Shown here piece by piece: positions 1 to 12,451 of a DNA stretch of 64,000 nucleotides. A model generated the notes under the pieces. The model had not been told where the DNA came from. It was given only the letters and a program-made list of their open reading frames with translations, and did no database searches. How positions within the stretch are numbered: the stretch's first letter is position 1; every line of letters begins with the position of its first letter. The translations under genes and the position numbers were made by a program. The DNA comes from Chrysomallon squamiferum (lineage: Eukaryota; Animalia; Mollusca), in contig CM022670.1 in assembly GCA_012295275.1 (NCBI GenBank), forward strand, positions 21,762,001 through 21,826,000. Direction: 5' to 3'.

Positions 1-744
1 AATTTGAAATATATATTAGACAGCTCAAAATATCTTACACAACGTTTATTGAAATAATTTGGAAAACATTTGATAACATTTTCCTTACTGACCCATTTAT
101 CTCTTGATTTTTCTTATTTACAGAACTTTGATGCACGAGAAAAAGTTCATTCATGTATATATGTAAATGTTCCAGTTTGTTTTCTTTATTTAACGTTTAT
201 CTTGTTCACATCATTTTTGTACATATTTATTGTGCTGATTTATTATGATAATAAAAATCATTATTGAATTTCTTCCAGACAGTGAATGTATATCATGGAA
301 ATATATTATTAAAATAAAAATTATTTCAGAAAGAAAGAGATGTTTTCTTTATTAAGATCCAGACTTTATTATTATTATTATTATTATTTTTTTTTTTTTT
401 GTTGTTGTTGTCTGTTTAAAGATTAAGTAAATATAATGTTATCTTACTTGGTTACTGTTTGTTTATGTGATCCTCATCCTCATTGTCATTCATCTACGTC
501 TTAGAGGAACAGTTTTGAGAAATACCACTTCAGTGTACTGGTACAGAAACTACTTTACTCCAGTAGAATATTATGAAAATAAACAAAGTCGTCTGTGACA
601 GTGCACTGCTGGTGACACTCTCCTATCCTGTAGAACAACATAGAAAAATGCTTCAATGATATAGGTTAAACATCAGTTCGATATATTATATTATATTATA
701 TTATATTATATTATATTATATTATATTATATTATATTATACTAG

Positions 745-792
745 CGTCTGATGTGAACGTCGTGTATGATTCTGTGTGAAGTTGTGTGACAC
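745..792 (+). pseudogene. Eroded fragment of the family's first EGF exon
   Basis: (ATTAT)n ACTAG|CGTCTGATGTGAACGTCGTGTATGATTC..GTTGTGTGA resembles gene C exon 4 ACTAG|CGTGTGAAGTGAACGTCAAGTACGGTTTT; other copies of this exon also have an (ATTAT)n-type tract before the acceptor. Confidence 0.5.
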
Positions 793-1332
793 AACTACAC
801 CTCTGTTAGTCTCTGTGAAAAATAAAAACAATATAAATAAATATCAAGGAGTTACAGAATTACATAAAAACTACTGTACTGCTAATACAATTCAGTGTAG
901 TAAACTACTGACAGATAAGGAGAGGGAAAACATACTATCTATCACTAACATACTGACATAGGATCGTGATATTTTTTACATTTTCATATATATCGCTATA
1001 GCACAGATATATTTTACTACGATTCATAGACGAATTGAAGTCAGTTATAAAATATCTGACCGGTAGTAAGAAGTCGACACAGTATTAAAGTGATGTGGCT
1101 ATGTTACAGATTATAGTCACATGACAGTAATCATAATATTTGTCTTTCTTTTTTCTTTCTTTTTCTCTTAAATATAGGTTATAAATGTGTTTTGATAAAT
1201 TATTACCATATCGGTTTTAACGTAAACAAAATAAAAGTGGCGTATCGCCAGGATCGAATTAAGTGACAAGAAGAAGAAGAAGAACAACAATATTAAAAAT
1301 AGTGGTAGTAGTAGTAGTAGTAGTAGTATATA

Positions 1333-1371
<39 letters not shown>

Positions 1372-1396
1372 CAACATCAGCAGTAGTTGTAATAAC

Positions 1397-1431
<35 letters not shown>

Positions 1432-2019
1432 TGATGATAAAAGTTATTATTAAAATACTTCAACTATTACTACAACTACTAATGTTGATGTTGTTATTAT
1501 TATTATTCTTATTATTATTACTACTACTACTACTAATATTACTGTTACTAAAACTACTACCGCTAGTGCTACTATTACTAGAACTGATGCTGCTAATACC
1601 ATTTATGTTGTTGCTACTGATACTACTACCACCACGACTGCAATAACTACTACACTTCACGACTGCCATGCATCAACGACAATATGTTATGATAATGTTG
1701 ACGATGCAGATAATGATGATGGAAGTGGCAACAGTTAATACTACTACTACAACTACTAATTTCTTCTTTAAATAGCAGTACTGATGTCCACCAATAGCGC
1801 TCGTTACCAATTTATTTTCAGAAATGGTGAATTCTCAAACTGAAAAGGATTTTTTAATTTACTACATGTTTAAAAGGAGAATGAGATAGTATATCAGTTA
1901 ACTTTATTAATGGAATTTCTAATAAAAACAAAATCTAAAATCCGAAAATAAAGCGAGAAAAGGAAATAAGTAAAAGTGACAGCTGAATGTTGTGAACAAA
2001 ATAGTAATAATAATTAAAA

Positions 2020-2092
<73 letters not shown>

Positions 2093-2448
2093 TCGGAAAT
2101 GATTAATTATGCATAATCTTTCACACTGAGCCTTGAATTTACTGTTTAATTAGCATTTGAGTTCAGCGGTATTGCCCGATCGATGCATCCATTAAAGATA
2201 ACTGTTTAGGGTCGACAACTCTATACACTCGTCTGCAGGAGGACAGCAAAAGTACAGAAAATCACGTGTTCAATAACGACAACTCTTACTGATAAGGAAT
2301 GACAAACACGTTGGTTTTATATCAGTTGAAACGGGACAAACAGAATATTTAATTCTGTAAGTCTATCTTTATTAAGGTCGTTATAAAGTTAACACTTTAT
2401 TGAATATCCTGCAAATTTTCAAAAAAAAAAACCTCTTGAAATAATTCT

Positions 2449-2500
<52 letters not shown>

Positions 2501-3758
2501 AAGTATGAACTTTTTTCGAAAACAACAAAATTCTTATATTCGGATAGCGTATTTTTGACAACTTTTAAATGTATGAAATACCTCTGACATTTTTTTAAAG
2601 ATATTTTAAAAAGTTTGTTTATGGAATTTTTCACCTGGGATTGAATGTCTTTTATTTGGTAAAAAAAATACTTCTTTATCTGGCAACAATAAAGAAAAAA
2701 GAACACGTTACTATTGCTACCATAAAACAATCTTGATTTTTGAAATGAAACCAGTTTTAAAGATTAATTATAAACCTGTATCAGCTTTTTGTGAATTATA
2801 ATTGTTTGTCGAAAAGCTCGACAAACTTATGGCGTTAGTTATTTTGATAATCAGATCGTTGAGGTCAAAGATAAGCAACCTTTTGTTTTAATTTTTTTTC
2901 ATTGCAGGTTTTTTGTTTTTGGTTAAGTTTCGAATTTTAAAATACATTAAACTCTTTCACATCCTTAAAAATAAAAACTCAATAAATAAAAACCATAATA
3001 GCGTGCAAATAACATACAGATATTTCTATTTTTTTTTATTTTTTTTTATAAGAATCGGGTAATTTCTTACATAATAGTTATGATTTTCTTTTACTATATA
3101 TTCTAAGATTTAGGTCAAATATCAGCTTACATTTGTATGACCTGTCCGTTACGCCAAAAGTCAACTGACTTTACTTTTATATACTGTTTTACAATATGTG
3201 AAAGTACGAAGACATGGAGAAATGCACGTAATCACACTAGGCCGATAGAAACAATGGTTGTATAATACATTATTATATTTTGAATTGAGACTCCTTCGTA
3301 TCGTATGATGTGTTTTAACTTTAATTTCGTATTGTTTCACTAATACTGACATCGCCGTCATGTCGTCCATTGTAAAGGTTAAGCTGTAGATAAAAACTAT
3401 TGGTTTTATTATCATCAATTTTCGCATAAGATACAGAATGTTTCTTCATTGTGCCTTTCCTCTTCCTGAAACTAAATGTTAGTATATTAAATACAAGTTT
3501 GAAGTGTCTTTACCGATATTTGTATATCTATATAGCTTTAGATAAAATCACAACAAACGACAACAGAAATAAATAGAAAAATAAAATGTTTCTGTTTTAT
3601 CCACTTTAAAACATACGTGACGTTCAGCTCACACGTCAACAACAACAACAACAGTAATACTAGAATATGATATAGTATAATATAATATATCGTACTGATG
3701 TTTTTCACATACCTTGACGCAGACTGATAAATGTTATTATATTTTATTGGAACCGAGT

Positions 3759-4253
3759 CAGTTAGATGGGGACTATTATCTTTTCAGTTAGATGGGGACT
3801 ATTATCTTTTCAGTTAGGTGGGGATTATTATCTTTTCAGTTAGGTGGGGACTATTATCTTTTCTGTTAGATGGGGACTATTATCTTTTCAGTTAGATGGG
3901 GACTATTATCTTTTCAGTTAGGTGGGGACTATTATCTTCTCAGTTAGATGGGGACTATTATCTTTTCAGTTAGGTGGGGACTATTATCTTTTCAGTTAGA
4001 TGGGGACTATTATCTTCTCAGTTAGATGGGGACTATTATCTTTTCAGTTAGGTGGGGACTATTATCTTTTCTGTTAGATGGGGACTATTATCTTCTCAGT
4101 TAGATGGGGACTATTATCTTTTCTGTTAGATGGGGACTATTATCTTCTCAGTTAGATGGGGACTATTATCTTTTCTGTTAGACGGGGACTATTATCTTTT
4201 CATTTAGGTGGGGACTATTATCTTTTCAGTTAGATAGGGACTATTATGTTTTC
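3759..4253. repeat. 26-bp minisatellite, about 19 copies
   Basis: Head-to-tail unit GTTAG(A/G)TGGGGACTATTATCTT(T/C)TC(A/T) with no spacers. Confidence 0.95.
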
Positions 4254-6001
4254 GTCCGACGACGGAATTGCTGTCGAATAAACTAATCAGACAATAAACC
4301 AACATTTGTATGGACTCAGTCTTTTAAGATAGGTTTGGTCTATTGGCCTGTATCAAATTTACAATTTATTTGAAATTAAATAAAATTATGGATACCTGTT
4401 TAATAAATCAACACATTGATAAATAAATAAATATATAATAAATAAATAAGCCATCAGTTTGATGTTTTCTCATGGACCGGACGTAAAAATGTTTTTAGTG
4501 ACATGTTGATCATAACTGAAATTTAACTTGAATAAACACTTATTTATACAAGCCCATTAGAAGCAAAATGACTGCTACATGTTATATTCAGTGTATTATA
4601 ACATTACGGTAATATTTAATTAGCTATCGTGTATAATCATGTTTATAATTCATATTTTTTATAGTTCTTAAATATTTACCTAATTAATGTCAGAAAACGG
4701 GGGTAAATGCACCTAAACTAAACAGCAGAGAGTATAACGACGTCCATGGGCTGTTTAGAAACTGAATTATATAATCAGTGGAAGTTCAGTTATTTTATGA
4801 ACTAAGAAACTCTGGGATTAACTTGCAAAGTACATTCACAAAGGCTGTCAGCAGAGGTGCTTACTGAACGATCGCGCGACGTCTATAAAAATTCGGCGCG
4901 CGTTTTAAATGGGATATTTTGATCGGTGCGCCTTCTTGCACAAAAGATCACTCCGTCAATGGTGATTACGATTTAAATGGAGTGTTTTTTTTGTAACACA
5001 GATGCCGATTGATTGAAGATAGCCAAATCTATTATTGTTGGATATTTTAATGTGTTATTCTGTGGTACTTACTTACGCTTGAAAACTAAGTAACAAACTA
5101 AGATAACTTATTTTAACGTAGCCAAATGGGCTTAATTACATGTATAAATATGTCATAATAATCCATACTGAATTCTTATTTGTATTATTGTTCTCTAGTG
5201 AATACAGAATAGTCATTTAGTAGTTTAAGCTCTGTTAGAACATTAACACCTTGTCACGTGACGCTGTCATAGTCTCCTATCTTTTAGACGGGGCGAGCCA
5301 AATTTTAGGTATTAATGCCATTCAGACTAGATCATAACTGTTGAAGACTGCTGTGACTCTGATCCCGTTTTTAAAACATTTACTGTTGACCACATTGCGT
5401 AATATCTAATAAGGAGTACAGACGAAAACAGACATAAATAAATGAATAAGTAAATAAACATTATTTCACAGAAATAATATTTTGTGTGTGTGTGTGTTGT
5501 GTGTGTATGTGTGTTTGTGTTGTTTATGTGTGTGCATGTCTTTTGTGTCTGTGTGCGTGTGTCAATGCATTTACTTTTTTTCTGTAGTTTGTTTCTCTAT
5601 CTTTCTCTATATTTATTTTATTTCCAAAACCGACATACATAATCTATATTGCAACGAAAGATTTATGATTATGACAAACACACACACGTATATGCATATG
5701 CATACACTCACACAAACTTACACACACACACACACACAGACAGACACACAAACACACACACTCACACATATATATATACATACGTTTGTGTACACACACA
5801 GGCACACACACACACATATTTGTACATGGATATAATGTCATGTACATTATTTATGACTATAACAGTGTGGATGTGAGCTCTTGTGTACTTTTGTTACAGT
5901 CCACACACCCTGCCAGCCAGGAACACACCCATGAACTCTGTAGAAAAACAGAAAATGTTAAACCTTATTTATACTGATTTGCTTTTTGCTCTGTCTCTGT
6001 A

Positions 6002-6087
<86 letters not shown>

Positions 6088-6373
6088 CTGTCTGTCTGTC
6101 TGTCTGTCTGTAATGAACAACTGTATTTTCCTTTTTCTATTAAAGATTATAAATGGGTAAGCGCTTGTAAGGTTTTTTTTATAGATTAATGTACACACAG
6201 TAAATGAAACCTGACAGTTGGTATATCTGCAATGTCGTCTATTCAGTCATAACATGTATTCAGTTTGCGTCATGCGGTAAGAAGGAACAATAGACATAAT
6301 GTTAAACTAAATGTTGACTAAACATGTGCGCCACGAACAAGACCCTAGATGTCAGAGTCTAGTTTAACACAAC

Positions 6374-6452
6374 ATGGCTGCAGTTTACTTGGAGTTTTAT
6401 GTTTTTCTCTGTTTTATTTTCACGTTTCAAGTTCACATTTCAGCAGAGTACG
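6374..6452 (+). pseudogene. Orphan first (signal-peptide) exon with promoter, gene C type
   Basis: MAAVYLEFYVFLCFIFTFQVHISAEY is nearly identical to gene C exon 1 but lacks the G|GTAAG donor. The upstream segment 6181-6322 is repeated at 6477-6619. Confidence 0.75.
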
Positions 6453-6981
6453 AGTTCGAGCTTGTTATTTTTTTATATAGATTAATGTACACACAGTGAA
6501 TGAAACCTGACAGTTGGTATATCTGCAATGTCATCTAGTCAGTCATAACCTGTATTCAGTTTGCGTCATGCGGTAATAAGGAACAATAGACATAACGTTA
6601 AACTAAATGTTAGACTAAAATAAATAAATATATAAATATAATAGCTGCATTTACCTATTCAAATGATGTTTCATATTTCATAATACTAACAACCTTAACA
6701 ATAAATAAATAAAGACAACAGCAAACAACAAACACAAATAACAAATAACAAACATCTACAAAAAGAAGAAGAACACCAACCCGCTCCACTAACTACTGTA
6801 TCGTTGAATCACTGTGACATTTATAATTTGCTCAACAAATATCGTGGTCTGTTATGCTATTACTGTTTTAGCAGAGATAAAATTTTATTTTTAGATAAGT
6901 GTTTCTTTTCCATTATTTAAAGACGAAGTAACGTTATACTCGTTTTTTTAATTAAAGATCACAAACGGGAACGCGCTTGTA

Positions 6982-7041
<60 letters not shown>

Positions 7042-7595
7042 ACACACAACAAACACATACAAACACAAACAACACATACATTCATACACACACTAAAACA
7101 GATAGATACATCTCACACACAGACGTAAAAAATGTCCTCATTAAAAGTACTAAATTTAGTGCTTTGACAAAAAAGAAAATATAGTCATTATTTGTATTTT
7201 TGAGCTAATATATTTGTTTTTGAAAAAACCGCCGATATTATTATTATTATTACAACTGACATTACAAGAAACCAAAACCACTACACTAGTACAACTTTTA
7301 TCACAGCAACTGTTGTCTGTTACTAGTACTATTATCACTACAACTGCTATCTACCACTACTACTACATCTACTACATTATTATGATTATATTTGAATTTT
7401 CTAACCTGTGCAGAGTGAAAGCAGCCTTACAATGAATATAACTGCAGTGTCATCCAGTTAAACATATGTGTATTCAGTTTGCACCGTGCAGTAAGAAGGA
7501 ACAATAGACATAGTGTGACAGTAAACGTTGACTGAACATCTACGCCTTGAAGGACAACAAGTCTTCCGGGATCACAGTGTCTAGTTTAACACAAC

Positions 7596-7732
7596 ATGGC
7601 TGCAGCGTGGATCGGATTTTATGTTTTTCTCTGGGGTTTTTTCACGTTTCAAGTTCACATTTCAGCTGAGTTTGGTAAGTCGTTTTAAAAGGTACATACA
7701 CATACATATATGTATGTATGTATGTATGTATG

Positions 7733-7763
<31 letters not shown>

Positions 7764-7870
7764 TTGTGTGAGGGTGTGTGGATGTGTGTGTTAGTGTGTG
7801 TGTGAGTATGATTCGTCCGTACATGCTTATTATTAATTTGTAATTAAATAAGTATGTCCGTATGTCGCTT

Positions 7871-7928
<58 letters not shown>

Positions 7929-8341
7929 TGTGTGTATGCGTGTGTGCGTGTGTGTGTGTGTACGATATTGGTATTCCTGTCCTTATTAAATATGTTTTCA
8001 TTTCATTTTGATCAGTAAATGTAGCTAAGGGAAAGACAGCCTACCAGAGTTCTTACCTTGGTGATTTCAAAGCATCTACAGCTGTTGATGGAGTCACAAA
8101 ACAAGAGTGGTATAATATTATACACACAGCAATAGGACAGTCGTACACGTGGTGGGAAGTGGATCTAGGAAAACTGTACTTTGTCCATGAAGTGAAAATA
8201 TATTTTAGAACTCGATGTAAGTAGAATTATTTCATCTGTTTTCTATTACGTAACTGTTTATTATTATTATTAATATTATTAATGTTATTATTATTATTAT
8301 TATTATTATTATGATTATTATGATTATTATTATTGTTATTG

Positions 8342-8373
<32 letters not shown>

Positions 8374-11300
8374 GTTGTTGTTGTTGTTGTTATTATTATT
8401 ATTATTATTATTATTCTCATTATCATTATTATTGTTGTTGCTGTAGTGTGGTTTTCCACCCTCTTATTTGTTATTATTGGTTTTGTTATTGATTTTGGTG
8501 ATCATTTGATTATATCTTTTTTGTTGTACATTTATACACATACATATGTATGTATATACCTTTGTGTATCTATGTATGTATATACTTATATTTATTTATA
8601 AACTATTATTATTTTTTTTTTTTTTTAGTTTTCTTAGTTTGTTGTTGTCAAATATGTTGTTTTTCTGCTCTCTTATTTTTTATTATCATTTTTTGGTGAT
8701 TATTTAAATGGGTATATATTTCTTGTTCATTTATAGAGATATATAAGAATCATATATACATACATACTAACGGAAAAATAACTGTACACCATAAACACAT
8801 ACTTATTTATGTATATATTTGTTTAGAAAATAACAGTGTTATGTTTGGCAGTATTATAAATATTTATTTATGGAGTTTCATATCTCAATCAAAGCTTGTT
8901 CCACCTGGACAAACATTGCCGGCTGATTCTGTTACAACGTAAACGTCGTTCCATTTCATTCCAGACACATTCAGTCGGTAACAGGTCCGGAGGAACAGGC
9001 TGCCAGGGAAGAAAATCAATGTCCTCTTGTCTTATGAAGTATTTTACAATACGAGTAATATGTAAGCGGCGTTGTCATCATGTAACACGACATTATATCC
9101 CTGTGCTTGAGTAATGGGTAGGACGTCAGGTCGAACGATGTCATCTCGGCAGCGTGTACTAGTTAAATAATAATGACACACTGGGTCCGTCCGTGGAATG
9201 TGATACCACCCCAAACCACTACTCGTCTGCCTCCAAATGGCTGACGTTGAATAACGCAAGCGTCGACAAAAAGTTACTACAGACCATTGTCCTTCCACTG
9301 GAGCTGTCCAGCTGAAACCTTGACTCGTACACTGTACACTGTACCAATCTTGTCGCCTGAACCTCAGATGTTGCTGACCCATGTTAAGCGAGACTGTCGA
9401 TGGTGTGGAAGTAAAAGTGGGCGTTTGGCTGGTCGATGGTACCGGATGTTGTGTTCCAGTAACCGATTCGATATGGTCCTGCAATTAACTGGTCTTAAAC
9501 CAGGAATGAATGGTTCGACGTGTTAATCTTACAGTTTGCAACCGATTTCGCAAATGCGCCATTCCTGCTTACAGCACACCAACGACGCAAACATGTTGGT
9601 CTTCGGAAAGATATGGCATGATAAAACTTTATACACTGTTAATAAGATGTGTTTCTCAGGGGTGCAAAATGATTAAGCAACCATTGTTTCTTTTTTGTTT
9701 TAAAAAAATGTAGACAGCAGATTATTTCGATTTTTCATTTATCTTCTTTTGTTGTTCTTGTTGTTTTTCTCCTTTTCCTTTAAAGAGATTTCTTAGATTC
9801 TTAAATTAGATTTCGACACTACCTGATACTGGTCATTAAAACGTGATATTAAAAGTTTATTTATTTATTTATTTTTTAGAAAATTGCAGCTTTATTTCAG
9901 ATTATTAACTTTATATACTAGGATACATAAAACTCTCTATTTCATATACTATTTTTATGTATTAAAGTCAAAAAACGAAGACGAGGAGTACAAATCTACA
10001 CAAACACAGCAGTGAATTCATCTAACACAGGAGATCTGTGTGGTAATGTTACTGGTAGACAAGATGGATCTGATATTCCTGATGTCGTGCATTTCACGTG
10101 TAATGTTAATGCCAGGTATGTGACTGTCTACCAAGGAACAAACAATGGTAAAGACATTGGTACAGCTTTAGATTTTCTGGAAGTTGAAGTATATGGTGAG
10201 TTAACATGAGCAATTTGCTTAAACTATTATTATTTTTAAAATGTTTTTCTCCAGGGGAATGATTAATATGATGAAGAAGAAAAATTTATAATAATAATAA
10301 TAATACAAATAATTACAAATAGTTATTGGTTCATAGTGTTGTTGAATATCATCAGGTACTAAATGTTACAGTGGAAACAATAATATTTTAAAAAGGATTA
10401 TATCTGTAACAAGGTATTTATATAACATCACATTATATTAGCGTGTGAGCTGAAAGTCAAGTATGGTTCTAACTGTGACAAGTTCTGCAAAAGACGTCAC
10501 TGTGTTAACACACACTCATCTTGTGACGTACAGACAGGAAAGTGTGACCTTCCAGGATGTAAGGCAGGATGGAATGGAACAGACTGTAGAGAAGGTACAG
10601 TATCAGTGTTTACTTTGAAATACATAGAAACAGAGTTATCAATACAACATTTAAAAACAGTGTGGAAAGTTTGAAGAAATTATTTAATTATAATAATAGT
10701 TTAAATTCTTACTGATCATAAGTATTTAAAAGTTACGAAGATTTATTCTGGAAAATTATATTAACAATTATCATTATCGACTTGTAGCAGGCTCTCTTTC
10801 TGAGAAGCAGGCCTGAAACATAATTATTCTCAAAATTAAAATTAACTTTATTGTTGTTAAACAATTGTTCATTATTTTATTGATTTTACTCTAATTATAA
10901 TAACTGCAGAATGCATACCAGGAACATATGGTAAAAACTGTAAATCTAGATGTGGGAACTGTAGAAACAAGCCATGTGACAGATTCTCTGGAAATTGTAC
11001 TGGAGGTTGTATTGAAGGTTACGACGGAATCTTGTGCAAGCAAGGTCAGTCGTACTCTTTATTTTACATATCCTAAATTCAGAAAAAATAAATTCAGTAA
11101 AAATAAATTCAGCAAAAATAAAAACAGATATTGTTACAGGACTATAATTATAATAATAATAATAACAACAACAACAATAATAATAAAGTAAGAACCATGC
11201 AGAGAAAACAAAGTGATTAATAAAAATGATAATGGCGATAATACAAATTATTCTAGTTGTAGTAGTAGTACTGGTAGTAGTAGTAGTTATAGTAATAGTT

Positions 11301-11857
11301 ACAATAGTAGTAATATTAGTAGTAGTAGTTTTAGTAATAGTTACAATAGTAGTAATATTAGTAGTAGTAATAGTAGTATCACTAGCAGAAGTAATAGTAG
11401 TTGTAGAACGGGGTAATAGTAGTAAAACCCACAAAAAGTATTAATAAGAAAATAAATCAAGAAAAATAAATAAATAATATAATAGAAGAGAAGATGCATG
11501 AACCAAATATGCATAATTGATGTGTTTGTGTGTGTGTGTGTGTGTATGTATATATATATATATACATATATATAGGAATTAATAAAACAAATGTTTCTAT
11601 TTTCAGAATGCAGATCTGGAAAATACGGATTGGACTGTAATTCTACGTGTGGTCAGTGTAAAACAGAAACGTGTCATTTTATTTCTGGAAATTGTACAGG
11701 AGGTTGTAAAGATGGCTTCCAAGGACTTGTGTGTAAAGAAAGTGAGTACATGTACCTAATTCATTTCAAATGAGACGTATCTAAATGGATCAGATGATGA
11801 ATAGTTCTTAATGTCTATAATAATTACGTCCAATAATAATAATAATAATAATAATAA

Positions 11858-11888
<31 letters not shown>

Positions 11889-12172
11889 AAGAAGAAGATT
11901 AAGAAGAAGAAGAAAAGAATAAGAAGAAGCAGAAAAATTGCAGAAGTTGTTCTCTTTCATAATTAAAAACCTGTGGCTTATTTTTTCTTGTTTTTATCTT
12001 GACGCTTCATTCATTCCAAAATTATGTGAAAAATTATCATTACTGTCATCATTTTTATTATTATCATCATCTTCATCATCGTCATTACTATTATTATTAT
12101 TATTATTATTATGATCATCGAAAGATGAATAGTTTTTAATGTCTATTTTAATTAAGTCCCAAAATACAATGA

Positions 12173-12209
<37 letters not shown>

Positions 12210-12403
12210 GCTAATAATAATAATAATAATAAGATGATGAACAAGAAGTAAAATAAGAAGAACAATTGCAGAAGTTCTAGTTATCTTTCATAACAAAAAA
12301 TCGTCTTCCTCACACTCCATTCATATCAAAATTGTGCGTGTTTGTGTTCTTTGCTGTCATTATTATTATCATCATCATCATCATTGTCGTCATTATTATT
12401 ACA

Positions 12404-12451
<48 letters not shown>

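Noticed and set aside
1168-1669. Poly-Leu/Val/Ser ORFs, and similar ones across the window (e.g. 8232-8601, 11213-11444, 50449-51145)
   Set aside because: Translations of (TAG)n, (AAT)n, (AG)n and (AC)n microsatellites.
1820-2360. Isolated acceptor/donor-like sites suggesting exons of another gene
   Set aside because: No sustained open frame or recognisable domain.
3759-4253. CRISPR-like array
   Set aside because: Units are contiguous with no unique spacers, there are no cas genes, and the context is eukaryotic.
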